This document shows positions 16,728 through 27,398 of a stretch of DNA of 32,000 bases, in pieces (position 1 is the stretch's first letter; every line of letters begins with the position of its first letter). The stretch spans positions 390,001-422,000 of the forward strand of contig CP095464.1 of the NCBI GenBank assembly GCA_021294815.2, written 5' to 3'. The notes below the pieces were generated by a model that did not search any database, was not told the origin of the DNA, and saw nothing but the letters and a program-made list of their open reading frames with translations. The DNA is from Verrucomicrobiota bacterium (GTDB taxonomy: Bacteria > Verrucomicrobiota > Verrucomicrobiia > Opitutales > LL51). The translations under genes were made by a program, and so were the position numbers.

Positions 16728-17978
16728 ATGGATTCCCAAAAAGATTTACCACACGTTGATCCCGAGGTCGCCGCAATTATCGAACGCGAACATCAGCGCC
16801 AAGAAGAGCACCTCGAGCTCATTGCCTCTGAAAATTTCACCTCGCCCGCCGTTATCCAGGCAGTCGGCAGTGTTTTGACAAACAAGTATGCCGAAGGTTA
16901 TCCCCAAAAGCGCTACTACGGCGGCTGCGAATTTGTCGATCAGGTCGAGTCACTGGCCATCGAACGGGCAAAACAGCTCTTTCACTGCGAACACGTCAAT
17001 GTACAACCTCATTCAGGAACCCAAGCCAATGTCGCGGTCTATTTGAGCTGCCTCAGCCCCGGGGACCCCATCTTAACGATGTCACTCGAGGATGGTGGCC
17101 ATCTAACCCATGGATACAGCAAAAATATCAGTGGGATGCTGTATCGGACGACGCACTACGGTGTTCATCGAGAAACCGAATTTATCGATTACAACGCCCT
17201 CGAGGAGCTCGCCAAAACCGTCCAACCGAAACTAGTGACCATCGGTGCCTCGGCTTACGCCCGGACAATCGACTTTGAGCACGTTGCAGATATTGCCCAC
17301 CGCCACGGTGCACTTCTAATGGCCGATATCGCCCATATTGCGGGACTTGTCGCGACTGGCCTTCACCCCTCGCCCGTACCGTTTACAGACTTTGTGACGA
17401 CGACAACTCACAAAACGCTTCGCGGCCCTCGCGGTGGGATGATTATGTGCAAAGAAGCGTTCGCTAAACGTATCGATTCGGCGTTATTTCCCGGGACACA
17501 AGGGGGGCCGCTGATGCATGTCATCGCCGGAAAGGCGGTCTGCTTTAAGGAGGCGCTTTCTCCGGAATTTCGCACCTACCAGGAACAGATTTTGCGCAAC
17601 ACAAAAGCACTTTGTACCGCAATCCAGCAGCGCGGTTACCGCATCGTCAGCGGTGGAACTGATAACCACCTTTTCTTGGTCGACTTACGCGCAACGCTCC
17701 CCGACGTCAGCGGCAAGGATGCCCAGATGGCCCTCGAAAAAGCCAACATTACGCTGAATAAAAATACCGTTCCCGGAGAAACCCGGAGCCCCTTCCAGGC
17801 CAGCGGTTTGCGCATTGGCTCTCCCGCAGTTACGACACGGGGTATGAAGGAACCCGAAATGCTCCAAATCGCCGAATTTATCGATACCGTTTTGAGGAAT
17901 CTCAATAATGACACCATCATTGCTACGGTCCGTGAACGCGTTATTGCACTCACCAAACAATTTCCTCTCCCCTATTAA
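16728..17978 (+). CDS. glyA: serine hydroxymethyltransferase
   Basis: Full-length match to the SHMT pattern: [42 protein letters not shown], and the PLP-lysine motif [18 protein letters not shown] lies 12 nt upstream of the ATG. Confidence 0.97.
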   Translation: MDSQKDLPHVDPEVAAIIEREHQRQEEHLELIASENFTSPAVIQAVGSVLTNKYAEGYPQKRYYGGCEFVDQVESLAIERAKQLFHCEHVNVQPHSGTQANVAVYLSCLSPGDPILTMSLEDGGHLTHGYSKNISGMLYRTTHYGVHRETEFIDYNALEELAKTVQPKLVTIGASAYARTIDFEHVADIAHRHGALLMADIAHIAGLVATGLHPSPVPFTDFVTTTTHKTLRGPRGGMIMCKEAFAKRIDSALFPGTQGGPLMHVIAGKAVCFKEALSPEFRTYQEQILRNTKALCTAIQQRGYRIVSGGTDNHLFLVDLRATLPDVSGKDAQMALEKANITLNKNTVPGETRSPFQASGLRIGSPAVTTRGMKEPEMLQIAEFIDTVLRNLNNDTIIATVRERVIALTKQFPLPY

Positions 17979-18018
17979 GCATTGCCAAAACGCAATCATC
18001 GGTTAGTGTCGCCAGCGG

Positions 18019-19086
18019 ATGGATGGGAAGTTGTATTGTCAATTCGTTGGTGTTGCCGGTTGGGCGTTATTTTTAGGCATTCTCCCGACGAGGGCTTTGG
18101 GATTAAATCCCATGCCCAGGCAGCTCGTTAAAAATATCGGGAAGGAAGCATCGCCGCAGAAACGTGCAGAGGTTTTGGGCAAAAATGCGTTCGAAATTCT
18201 TTGGGCCGAGCGCAACGCTTTCTTCAAAAGTATCATTCAACAAGAAACCAGGGAACAATCTACGGAAGCAGCGACTCCAGCACTATCGGTAGCCGCAGAG
18301 GTAACAGCCTCGGCGGCCGAAACCGATCCGCCACCGCCGCCAATCTCTGTGCTTTACCGGACGATTTTGAAGAAAAACTTCGCTTATCTTGAGGAAATGT
18401 ACGGGCAGCCGGTCCCAGCAGATAAACACGACGAGCTCTTCAATGCCGTTCTCGAACAGGTACTGCCATTCGCGGACGCTACCGATCGAATCGATACATT
18501 TTTGGCCCCATTCCTCGGCAATTCCCAGGAAGTATTTGAACGCCTCAAGACTATCGCCACGGATTATTCCAAGCATCTGAAGATTACCGATCGCAGCATC
18601 TACGGCCCACGATTCGAGCAGTTTTACTACAAAATGAATCTCGAAGGAGGGCGTTTTCAACAGATCGCTCGCGGAGCCTGTGCTAACGAGCTTTTTCGCT
18701 ACGCTCAGGAGTTTCTTGCGCACGAATACAACGCGATCCATAAACAACACCCCGAGATTGAAACAACTGCAATTACGCAAAATCTCGGCCGCCTTGTGCT
18801 CCAAGTCGTACTACCCATCGCCTCACGTTATGGTGTACTGTGGGCAATGTTGGGGAGGTTTCGCAAAAACAATAAGGAAAGTACCGAGGATCTGCAGCGT
18901 GAACTAAAGCAAAATGCCCCAGCGCTTGTACACCTCAAACCAACCGATCAGGTGGGGGAAACTTTTTGGTCCCGACAGGCACAACAGGTATTGTCGGATT
19001 GCCGTAAAGCCGCTCACGATTACGTCGAAATCTTCCAGAAAAAATCGCTATTCCACAACCTCGGTTCCCCCGTTGATGCGCTTTAA
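18019..19086 (+). CDS. hypothetical protein (355 aa) with an N-terminal hydrophobic segment
   Basis: Long ORF with an N-terminal FVGVAGWALFLGILP segment and a Pro-rich linker (ETDPPPPPIS). No known domain recognised. Confidence 0.7.
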   Translation: MDGKLYCQFVGVAGWALFLGILPTRALGLNPMPRQLVKNIGKEASPQKRAEVLGKNAFEILWAERNAFFKSIIQQETREQSTEAATPALSVAAEVTASAAETDPPPPPISVLYRTILKKNFAYLEEMYGQPVPADKHDELFNAVLEQVLPFADATDRIDTFLAPFLGNSQEVFERLKTIATDYSKHLKITDRSIYGPRFEQFYYKMNLEGGRFQQIARGACANELFRYAQEFLAHEYNAIHKQHPEIETTAITQNLGRLVLQVVLPIASRYGVLWAMLGRFRKNNKESTEDLQRELKQNAPALVHLKPTDQVGETFWSRQAQQVLSDCRKAAHDYVEIFQKKSLFHNLGSPVDAL

Positions 19087-19162
19087 GACTTATTAAAGTC
19101 GAGCTCTACCGATTATCTCGTTTCAACGAATTTAGGCAAGCAGTTAGATTTTCCCAAAAGCA

Positions 19163-19200
19163 AATTCCTCGCCCTGGATTTTTCTCCAGGATGAGGAATT
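19163..19200. terminator. Strong bidirectional terminator hairpin between convergent genes
   Basis: AATTCCTC-GC-CCTGGA / TCCAGG-AT-GAGGAATT gives 14 bp with a small internal loop. It is flanked by T-rich runs on both strands (TTGTTAT, and TTGCTTTTGGG on the minus strand). Confidence 0.65.
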
Positions 19201-19223
19201 TTGTTATCATTTAATGTTTAACT

Positions 19224-22007
19224 TTATTCTGCGACCGATGCGCTAGACCCGCGCCACCATTTAGAGAAAGCTTGCGCCTTGTCTTTCGCAGCATTCCAGA
19301 CTTTATTCGCAGAGCCGCGCCCTGAAATAACCTCCGAGTTTACATCTTGATCAGGAATCCCTGCATCCTTGGCATCTCTCGCGGTATTGGTATCATCCTT
19401 AGCGTACCCTAACGTACGCGGAAAGATATAATTGGGATTGTAGTAATCGTACGACACGAGATTACGTGAGCCACCCGGTGTTGAAACTGACTCGTCATCG
19501 GGCTCTTCAACAATAGGCTGTACAATGGAGTGAGGCATACCTTGCGCCGAATCGATATCGTTGTCGATTTCCTCAACTGTCGGTCCTGTCGCTTTCATGC
19601 CTTCCCATGTGAGCATTTGCTGAGGTTTATTGCCGTGAAACGGCGCAGAGTATGGATTAAATGCGTATCCAGGAGTTGTATTACTCACCGACGGTCTCTG
19701 ACCTACGAAATTATCGCATGCCGCCTGTACGCCTCCTAAAATGTTGTCTGCCCAATCCCATGGATTGCCTTCCTGTACTACGGTTCCATCACCGCCCTCA
19801 TTCGGCACAGTCCCATCGGCAAAGTTTTGAAGTCGCTGCAAATAACCACCCGCCCTCGAGAAGAAACTTCCATCATCAACATTCTGTTGGACATTCGTGT
19901 CCTCATTGGGTTGCTCTCGTAATACTAGGGCCATTTTGCCTAATTTTTCCGGGATACCCATATCGGGATCTTTCCATATGGCGCCAAGTGATTTCGCTTT
20001 GTTGTATGCCCATTGCGCTCCTCTCCACGCCTTATTCGCCATTGTAACAGTCTCTTTGAGTTTCTTCCGAGCTGTTTTTATTCCCTCTCGCGTTTTTGCA
20101 ACTCCATTGCGGACTTTTTGAAGCATTCCACCGTTATTGGCATCCGATGGTACCAGATGTCCGGATTGGCGTCCACTGAAATTCGGGACGATCGCATAGC
20201 TACCGGACACATTGCTTCCGTTCATTACGCCGGAAAAAGCCTGTCGCTTAGAGAACCCTAATTGATACATTGCCCCTGGGGTGGTTATAACGGCACTCAT
20301 GACGGCATGTTCCCATGTCTCTGGTGAACCGAAAATACGCGCTAGAATCTCATCATCCACTTCCGCATAATCCAGAGGATTGGCTTTCGTTTGATTGTTG
20401 GGATGGAAGACGATGTTGCCTCCTCCAATCGAAGGTCCCAGCTCACCTATAATGATCGGAGCACTTTGCTGGTCTAGATGTTCAAAAACTTTCTCAACAT
20501 CGCGGCTTGTAAATAACGGGGCACCAGGATTGGCGATTTTGTTGCGCAACTCTTCCTGTAAGTATTGTGGAACATTCAGGTTTAATAAAACAGGCTGCTC
20601 CGAATCATTGGGATACCAAAAGGCAATCACCCGATCGAGATCACAGGAACCCCACTGCGGATCTGTCGCCTGGAGCTGGCGGATATTTTGAAGGTACTGG
20701 TTGAGACCGATGATGAGATACGACACTAAAACAACGGGGAGTGCCCCATAATCCAGGCTTTGAGTGCCGGACATCTGCTTCACATAGGCACAAATCTTGG
20801 AAAGAGGTATATGTTTCGTATCTGCGGTATAGCCTAAATTGGAAAATATTTTATTAAAATCGGATTGCTCACTACCACCCCAACATAGCGACTCTAATAC
20901 GGTCTCAAAGGCTAAGGCTAAGGCATTGCACGTCTGATCTGGTCCCGCATTTTCGAAGGCGCTAACCACGTCGAAGATCTCGATAGTCCCCGTGGACCTC
21001 GTCGACACTTTTTTACCCGTAAGATGCTCTAAAACGGAACGTTTGAAAAATTCCGAGATGAGTGGGATCCGGGTACGCCGCTCAGGGGCTTCCATGTAAC
21101 CGTTTTGCACCAGTTGCGCAATCCACTCTAGTATCTGGATTGGGTTATTCCGGCGCAAATTATGAGCAATTGCTGCCGTGCCATCATTATTGACCTGAGT
21201 ATACGGAGTCAAAACTGCACATAAAACGGCCTTCCGGACTTGATCAACACTAAAACTCTTGCCCGCAAATGTCGTGCAACCCAAATTTCTTAAAATGGCC
21301 GCAATGAGCGCCCCCGCGTTGCTTCGATTGTTGTTGAAAACACCGCTCGGAGTAATGCTGCTGAGAATCTGGTTGAGCTGTCCGCAATTCCACTGCAACA
21401 TCTTGGATGTATCACGAATCTGCTGATAATATGTCCAATACATTGAGGCCTCCTGAAGCGCCCCTTCCGAATCCTTACTTTGGTGACTTTGGAGGTAAGA
21501 CTCGATATTCTGCATGCCTTTCTCCGCGAACTTGCCCAACATATTGAGATACTCAGGATTGATCCCTCGGCTTAAATCCACGCGATTCACCGTATCTTTG
21601 AGCTGTGCGACCACCTCCCAAACGACAGCTTGATGTGGGTCGCTGAAGTTTAATGCACGATCCTTCTTCGCTAGTGGCGCGTTAGATACCGGGCTTATGG
21701 GGTAGGATTGTCCCTGGGTTGGCGTCAAATCGAGCTCTTGCTGAAAGATAGCGTCTGGCTCTGGAACTGTCATCTCCTCGGGCACTTGTGGTTGAATATT
21801 TTGAGGCTTTATTTCAGTTTCAAAGTCATCGTACTGCCAATCTTGTAGTTGAGACGGCAAACGGCGCTTTCCCTTGAGCATTGGACTTCGGCGAACATTT
21901 ACATCTTGAAATTTCGATAAAAATGGGCGGCCATAATACGCGGGCCGTTCCTGTCCCTGCGCATACCCGGCCTCGTGGTATGCAATATTATTTGGCATAT
22001 CTGACAT
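19224..22007 (-). CDS. large orphan protein (927 aa)
   Basis: Uninterrupted 927-codon ORF with no signal peptide. The C-terminal third is G/N/W/D/P-rich. A TTTATAAA box lies upstream. No known domain confidently recognised. Confidence 0.8.
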   Translation of the reverse strand: MSDMPNNIAYHEAGYAQGQERPAYYGRPFLSKFQDVNVRRSPMLKGKRRLPSQLQDWQYDDFETEIKPQNIQPQVPEEMTVPEPDAIFQQELDLTPTQGQSYPISPVSNAPLAKKDRALNFSDPHQAVVWEVVAQLKDTVNRVDLSRGINPEYLNMLGKFAEKGMQNIESYLQSHQSKDSEGALQEASMYWTYYQQIRDTSKMLQWNCGQLNQILSSITPSGVFNNNRSNAGALIAAILRNLGCTTFAGKSFSVDQVRKAVLCAVLTPYTQVNNDGTAAIAHNLRRNNPIQILEWIAQLVQNGYMEAPERRTRIPLISEFFKRSVLEHLTGKKVSTRSTGTIEIFDVVSAFENAGPDQTCNALALAFETVLESLCWGGSEQSDFNKIFSNLGYTADTKHIPLSKICAYVKQMSGTQSLDYGALPVVLVSYLIIGLNQYLQNIRQLQATDPQWGSCDLDRVIAFWYPNDSEQPVLLNLNVPQYLQEELRNKIANPGAPLFTSRDVEKVFEHLDQQSAPIIIGELGPSIGGGNIVFHPNNQTKANPLDYAEVDDEILARIFGSPETWEHAVMSAVITTPGAMYQLGFSKRQAFSGVMNGSNVSGSYAIVPNFSGRQSGHLVPSDANNGGMLQKVRNGVAKTREGIKTARKKLKETVTMANKAWRGAQWAYNKAKSLGAIWKDPDMGIPEKLGKMALVLREQPNEDTNVQQNVDDGSFFSRAGGYLQRLQNFADGTVPNEGGDGTVVQEGNPWDWADNILGGVQAACDNFVGQRPSVSNTTPGYAFNPYSAPFHGNKPQQMLTWEGMKATGPTVEEIDNDIDSAQGMPHSIVQPIVEEPDDESVSTPGGSRNLVSYDYYNPNYIFPRTLGYAKDDTNTARDAKDAGIPDQDVNSEVISGRGSANKVWNAAKDKAQAFSKWWRGSSASVAE

Positions 22008-22022
22008 ATATTTTATAATAAT

Positions 22023-22030
22023 TTTATAAA
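22023..22030 (-). promoter_or_regulatory. TTTATAAA box, 15 nt upstream of the 927-aa orphan gene (the variant TTTATAAT at 22012-22019 is 4 nt upstream)
   Basis: Minus-strand reading: GTGATTTTTATAAAATTATTATAAAATAT-ATG. It lies in an 82-nt AT-rich divergent region shared with the PFOR gene. Confidence 0.35.
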
Positions 22031-22140
22031 AATCACTTACAATATTTTTTTACAAAATTATAATACATACTTAACATCCAACGTTATCCGTGGAATCGCC
22101 ATTGACGGAGACCGCTTTTTCTGCTTTTTGCCCTGAAAGC

Positions 22141-25100
22141 ATGAAACAAACGCACCTCGCGATTCTCGACGCAAATGAGGCAACGGCATCGGTCGCTTAC
22201 CGCCTGAGTGAAATCATCGCCATTTACCCGATTACGCCTTCTTCAGCTATGGCTGAGTTTTGCGACGAATGGCACGCAAAAGGTCAAAAAAATCTCTGGG
22301 GAATCGCGCCGGATATCGCCCAACTCCAGTCTGAAGGCGGTGTCGCCGGGGCTTTACACGGTGCGCTACAAGCGGGTACTTTAGCAACCACTTTTACCGC
22401 CTCACAGGGACTCTTATTAATGCTCCCCAACATGTTCAAAATCGCAGGGGAATTGACACCATTCTGTATGCACGTGACAGCACGGTCTGTTGCAACCCAT
22501 GCGCTATCGATTTTCGGCGATCATTCCGATGTGATGGTATGCCGATCGACCGGTTTTGCCTTTCTGGTATCGTCGTCCGTTCAAGAGGCCCACGACATGG
22601 CTGCAGTCGCACACGCAGCGACCCTCGAATCACGGATTCCATTTGTCCACTTTTTCGACGGCTTCCGGACCTCACATGAAATTAACAACTGTCAATTACT
22701 GTCAGATGACGACCTTCGTGCCCTCATCGAAGAACAATATATTACGGAGATGCGGCAGCGGGCGCTAACGCCGGATCATCCCTCGATTCGAGGAACGGCG
22801 CAAAACCCAGATGTTTTCTTTCAGGCACGCGAAGCGGGTAATGCTTTCTACGCACGCGTCCCCGCAATTCTGGAAAAATATTTCGACAAACTTGCTCAGC
22901 GAACTGGGCGTCATTACCGGCTCTTCGACTACTACGGTGCGCCCGATGCAGACCGTGTCGTCATCGCGATGGGATCAAGCACCGAGACCCTCCGTCAGGT
23001 TGCGGAAGAATGCAACCGCCATGGCGAAAAAGTTGGCGCCCTCAAGGTACGGCTCTTTCGACCGTTTTCACTCGAACACTTGATTAAAGCGCTTCCCGAA
23101 ACGGTACGATCGATTGCCGTTTTAGATCGTACTAAAGAACCAGGCGCACTCGGCGAACCACTCTTCTTAGATGTCGCTGCCGCACTACAACAAGCCGGAC
23201 GTTCCATACGCATCATCGGTGGACGATACGGGTTAGGGTCGAAGGAATTTTCGCCAGCCATGGCAAAAGCGGTCTTTGACGAGCTCCAAAAGCCGAACCC
23301 ACGCAATCACTTTACCATCGGAATTGACGATGATGTTACCAACACATCGTTGGCGTATGACCCCAGTTACCAACTGCCGCGGAAAAATATTTTTGAGGCG
23401 ATGTTTTTCGGTCTCGGCTCGGATGGAACCGTTGGCGCAAATAAAAATACCGTCAAAATCATTAGCAACGAAACCGACCAGTACGCCCAGGCATATTTCG
23501 TCTATGACTCGAAAAAATCTGGTGCGATGACGATTTCACACCTGCGGTTTGGTGATGAACCGATCGAAGCGCCCTACCTCATTCAAAATGCAGACTTTAT
23601 TGGCTGTCACCAATTTTCGTTTATCAATCGCTACGACCTTTTAAAACACGCACGTGATGGAGCAGCACTCCTTATCAATGCCCCCTATTCTCCCGAAGAT
23701 CTTTGGGGACATCTTGTTCGCGAAGTACAGGAAGACATCACGCAAAAACACCTCAAAGTCTACACAATCGATGCCTATCAGGTTGCACGCCAAGCAGGCA
23801 TGGGCGGCCGCATTAACACCATCATGCAGACGTGTTTCTTTGCGATTTCGGGTATTTTACCGCGTGAAGAGGCGATCGCCAAAATTAAGCAGGCGATTCA
23901 GAAAACATACGCTAAAAAAGGCGAAGCCGTTATTCAGCAAAACTTCGAAGCAGTTGAGCAGGCGCTCGCACACTTACATCTGGTCCCGGTACAAGCCGTT
24001 AACAGCAATTTACACCGCTCCGAAATTGTCTCACCGGAGGCACCGGCATTTGTTCGCGACGTGATCGCACCGATGATGCGACAAGAGGGCGACACTCTAC
24101 CAGTCAGCGCGATGCCAATCGATGGGCGTTGGCCGAGTGCGACATCTCAATGGGAAAAACGCGATATCGCTCAGGAAATTCCCGAGTGGGATCCTTCGAT
24201 TTGTATCCAATGCAATAAATGTTCTTCGGTTTGTCCGCACGCCGCAATCCGCACAAAATACTACCCTGAATCAATGCTCAATGGTGCTCCCGAAGGGTTT
24301 GCTTCTGCCAATTATCGCACTATAGCCGGTCAAAAGTTTACCGTCCAGGTATCGCCGATGGATTGCACGGGCTGTGGTCTCTGTCATGAAGTTTGTCCTG
24401 CGAAAAATCGTCAAGATCCAACGAAAAAGGCGCTCAACATGGTCGCAAAAGAAACCATATTCAAGCAGGCACAACAAAACTACACTTTCTTTCAACAGTT
24501 ACCGACACCAGAAATTCTTGAAGTCAAAGACGTGAAAACATCTCAGTTCCGGACGCCGCTCTTTGAGTTTTCAGGCGCATGTGCTGGCTGTGGCGAAACT
24601 CCGTATATCAAGCTTTTAACCCAGCTTTTTGGCGATCATTTGTTGATTGCAAACGCAACGGGGTGCTCTTCCATTTACGGTGGCAATCTTCCAACCACGC
24701 CGTATACAGTAAATGTGGAAGGGTGTGGTCCTGCTTGGGCAAACTCGCTCTTTGAGGATAACGCAGAATTCGGCTTTGGCATCCAGCTAGCAACCGAAAA
24801 GAAACGCCTCATTGCGAGCGAACTCCTTCAACGAAACGCCACGGTCATCGGGATGTCACTGGTCGACAAAATCTATAAGGCAAAGACCATTCCAGAACAG
24901 CGCCAAGCCGTCCGGCAATTACAACAACGGCTCACGGAAATCGATCTCACCTCGGAGCCGATTTTGCTTCGTGATCTCGCGGAAAACCTCATCCGCAAGA
25001 CGACTTGGGTCATCGGTGGCGATGGCTGGGCGTACGACATTGGCTACGGCGGTCTCGATCATGTTTTAGCGAGTGGCCGTGATATCAATGTACTCATCCT

Positions 25101-25629
25101 CGATACGGAGGTATATTCTAACACCGGAGGTCAGCAGTCGAAATCAACACCCGCGGGTGCGATCGCCAAGTTTGCGGCTGAGGGGAAATCGCTTCCCAAG
25201 AAAGACATTGGCCGTCTCGCCATAAGCTACGGCAACATCTACGTCGCGCAAGTCGCTTTGGGTGCCAATAACAATCAGACTGTCCGAGCGATGTTGGAAG
25301 CGGATGCGTACCGTGGCCCGTCGTTGATCGTCGCCTACTGCTCTTGTATTGCGCACGGGTTTGATCTGCGTCGCGGACTCGATCAGCAGAAAAAGGCGGT
25401 TCAATGCGGCCACTGGCCCCTCTACCGCTATGATCCGAAGGGCAAATTCCAGCTCGATTCCAAGTCACCGACGCTACCGCTGGCGGACTACATGGCTGGC
25501 GAAACGCGCTTTAACGCCCTACAACGAAACCACCCGGAGCGCGCTCAGCAACTAATTGCGGAAGAGACGGAACGCATACAGGACAAATTCGCGTTCTTGG
25601 AGCAGATGGCCAACGGAACTAAGGATTAA
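22141..25629 (+). CDS. nifJ: pyruvate:ferredoxin (flavodoxin) oxidoreductase, single-chain PFOR
   Basis: N-terminus MKQTHLAILDANEATASVAYRLSEIIAIYPITPSS. Two 4Fe-4S ferredoxin motifs (CIQCNKCSSVCPHAAI and CTGCGLCHEVCPA). TPP-binding region GGDGWAYDIGYGGLDHV...LDTEVYSNTGGQ. The ORF track extends to a GTG at 22090, but homology favours ATG 22141. Confidence 0.95.
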   Translation: MKQTHLAILDANEATASVAYRLSEIIAIYPITPSSAMAEFCDEWHAKGQKNLWGIAPDIAQLQSEGGVAGALHGALQAGTLATTFTASQGLLLMLPNMFKIAGELTPFCMHVTARSVATHALSIFGDHSDVMVCRSTGFAFLVSSSVQEAHDMAAVAHAATLESRIPFVHFFDGFRTSHEINNCQLLSDDDLRALIEEQYITEMRQRALTPDHPSIRGTAQNPDVFFQAREAGNAFYARVPAILEKYFDKLAQRTGRHYRLFDYYGAPDADRVVIAMGSSTETLRQVAEECNRHGEKVGALKVRLFRPFSLEHLIKALPETVRSIAVLDRTKEPGALGEPLFLDVAAALQQAGRSIRIIGGRYGLGSKEFSPAMAKAVFDELQKPNPRNHFTIGIDDDVTNTSLAYDPSYQLPRKNIFEAMFFGLGSDGTVGANKNTVKIISNETDQYAQAYFVYDSKKSGAMTISHLRFGDEPIEAPYLIQNADFIGCHQFSFINRYDLLKHARDGAALLINAPYSPEDLWGHLVREVQEDITQKHLKVYTIDAYQVARQAGMGGRINTIMQTCFFAISGILPREEAIAKIKQAIQKTYAKKGEAVIQQNFEAVEQALAHLHLVPVQAVNSNLHRSEIVSPEAPAFVRDVIAPMMRQEGDTLPVSAMPIDGRWPSATSQWEKRDIAQEIPEWDPSICIQCNKCSSVCPHAAIRTKYYPESMLNGAPEGFASANYRTIAGQKFTVQVSPMDCTGCGLCHEVCPAKNRQDPTKKALNMVAKETIFKQAQQNYTFFQQLPTPEILEVKDVKTSQFRTPLFEFSGACAGCGETPYIKLLTQLFGDHLLIANATGCSSIYGGNLPTTPYTVNVEGCGPAWANSLFEDNAEFGFGIQLATEKKRLIASELLQRNATVIGMSLVDKIYKAKTIPEQRQAVRQLQQRLTEIDLTSEPILLRDLAENLIRKTTWVIGGDGWAYDIGYGGLDHVLASGRDINVLILDTEVYSNTGGQQSKSTPAGAIAKFAAEGKSLPKKDIGRLAISYGNIYVAQVALGANNNQTVRAMLEADAYRGPSLIVAYCSCIAHGFDLRRGLDQQKKAVQCGHWPLYRYDPKGKFQLDSKSPTLPLADYMAGETRFNALQRNHPERAQQLIAEETERIQDKFAFLEQMANGTKD

Positions 25630-26302
25630 TTCTCGGAAACGCAGTTTCTCCAGTGTCCGTTGTATTGGGTATCCAAATGGGAGAATTGTCTTCGGGCTGC
25701 TCGATGATTTCCATGTGCGCCGTACATTCCGCCGCAACCTCTGGTGTGAAGGCATCGCACAGGCGTTCGACATCATCTGTCCATGGGCCAAAATCATTTC
25801 TTGTTTTAGCCTCGTCCAATTCCGCCACGAAATGAAAAATGCACTGCCGTACTTCTAGCGCGATATCGTGTGTCCCCAGCGCTGTCTGAGTCATACCATT
25901 GAGCACTTGGGCAAAAATTTCCTTTGCAAACTTGTGGCACGCTGCCTTGCCGACTTCAGTATCATCGATAAACGCTTCGCTGGCGACAAATTGCTTAATG
26001 GTCTGGCTGAGTGTCGTATTGGTTTGAAATTGGGCGCGAATATTTTCCCTCTCCGTGGTACACAGGCCGCACCACGCTTCAAATGACATAGGCGCTTGAC
26101 GCGTACGGTTGACAGATTTCTCAAAATGCTGAGCATCGCCTAGGCCCACGCTTCCTAGTGTCCCATTATGGACATTAGGATCTTTCCCTTGGGCGTTTGA
26201 AATCTGAACATTCCCCTTCCCTCTTCGGAAAAGACTACACAACTTGCTCGGAAGACTTTTAAACCAATTAACGATACTTGCACCAATAGAGCCGATGTTC
26301 AT
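25619..26302 (-). CDS. hypothetical protein (227 aa)
   Basis: ORF with a TTTATAAA box 8 nt upstream of its ATG. Its stop overlaps the PFOR stop region by 11 nt in convergent orientation. No known domain. Confidence 0.65.
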   Translation of the reverse strand: MNIGSIGASIVNWFKSLPSKLCSLFRRGKGNVQISNAQGKDPNVHNGTLGSVGLGDAQHFEKSVNRTRQAPMSFEAWCGLCTTERENIRAQFQTNTTLSQTIKQFVASEAFIDDTEVGKAACHKFAKEIFAQVLNGMTQTALGTHDIALEVRQCIFHFVAELDEAKTRNDFGPWTDDVERLCDAFTPEVAAECTAHMEIIEQPEDNSPIWIPNTTDTGETAFPRINP

Positions 26303-26310
26303 GCGCTAGT

Positions 26311-26318
26311 TTTATAAA
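26311..26318 (-). promoter_or_regulatory. TTTATAAA box, 8 nt upstream of the start of ORF 25619..26302
   Basis: Minus-strand reading: AATAAAAATTTATAAAACTAGCGC-ATG; no Shine-Dalgarno. Confidence 0.35.
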
Positions 26319-26390
26319 TTTTTATTAAAACATCAAACATTCTTCCCGATTCGTTCTGGTCATTTAGTTTATAATTTTCACCCTTAATGT

Positions 26391-27254
26391 GTGAAAGATA
26401 TATCAGTGGTTATTCTAGCGGCAGGGATGGGACGGCGGTTTGGAGCGGCCAAGCAAATTGTCGCTTTATCGCGGTATCAGTGGCCACTAATCCGATTTAA
26501 CCTCGTCGATGCGCAGAAGGCTGGCGTTCGGCATGTCGTCATCGTTACACGTTCGAGTTTGTTGCCCTACTTCCAACAAGAGCTGGTTCCCGCACTGCCA
26601 GAAATGAAGTTTGATTTTGTATTTCAAGATCAGGAAGTGCCACACGCGATTCGACGGGCAAAACCTTGGGGGACGGGACATGCCCTCCTCTGTGCGGAGC
26701 CTTTTACACGGGAGCAGTTTGTGGTCCTCAATGCGGATGACTATTATGGCCGGGAGGCTGTGGACGATGCGGTGCAGTTTTTGTGCCATCCCGGAGCTCA
26801 AAACTACGGCTGCGTTGGATATTTTTTAGAAAACACGCTTTCGCCGAACGGGGCGGTTTCGCGCGGGGTAATTCGAACAGAGGGAAACCGAATCATTCAT
26901 ATCGAAGAATATGTTCAGATCCAACGCAATGCCTCGGGCGTCATCGAAGCCGTTGAACATCGCTCACAGCGGAAGGTGACACTTCCTTCTCAGCAATCCG
27001 TATCACTCAATCTCTTTGCATTGAATCGATCGATATTTCCAATTTTAGAGCGCAAATTTAAGGCATTCCTTAAGGATAACGCCTCCAACAAAGAAGCCGA
27101 ATTTTTCCTCCCAACAGCGGTCACAGCATCCGATGCACCGACACCGATGGAGCTAATACCGACGCAAGCACACTGGTTGGGGTTGACGTATCCCGATGAC
27201 CTCCCCTACGCCGGGACCCAGCTGAATCATCTCATCGCCCAGGGGTACTATTAA
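26391..27254 (+). CDS. sugar-phosphate nucleotidyltransferase family protein
   Basis: N-terminal signature VVILAAGMGRRFG..KQ, GTGHAL, and LNADDYYG (a metal-binding DD). GTG start. TTTATAAT (26367-26374) lies 16 nt upstream. Substrate not assignable. Confidence 0.75.
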   Translation: MKDISVVILAAGMGRRFGAAKQIVALSRYQWPLIRFNLVDAQKAGVRHVVIVTRSSLLPYFQQELVPALPEMKFDFVFQDQEVPHAIRRAKPWGTGHALLCAEPFTREQFVVLNADDYYGREAVDDAVQFLCHPGAQNYGCVGYFLENTLSPNGAVSRGVIRTEGNRIIHIEEYVQIQRNASGVIEAVEHRSQRKVTLPSQQSVSLNLFALNRSIFPILERKFKAFLKDNASNKEAEFFLPTAVTASDAPTPMELIPTQAHWLGLTYPDDLPYAGTQLNHLIAQGYY

Positions 27255-27398
27255 AATAACGCTTCAAAAGCCTTTGAAACAAAAATTAATGTACCTCAGA
27301 GGATCTGGCGTTGACATGTATCGCGAATCGTCAAGTGTGAGCTGTTTCAAATTTTCCTTTCCATTTAGAAAAAATTTGTTTCACTCGCCTCCGTATCG

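Noticed and set aside
21361-21402. Cys/His protease or deubiquitinase assignment for the 927-aa protein, based on LQWNCGQLNQIL and a downstream ETWEHAVMSAV.
   Set aside because: These motifs resemble clan-CA Cys and His boxes only superficially and do not match the USP, OTU or papain signatures. The evidence is insufficient without profile or structure searches.
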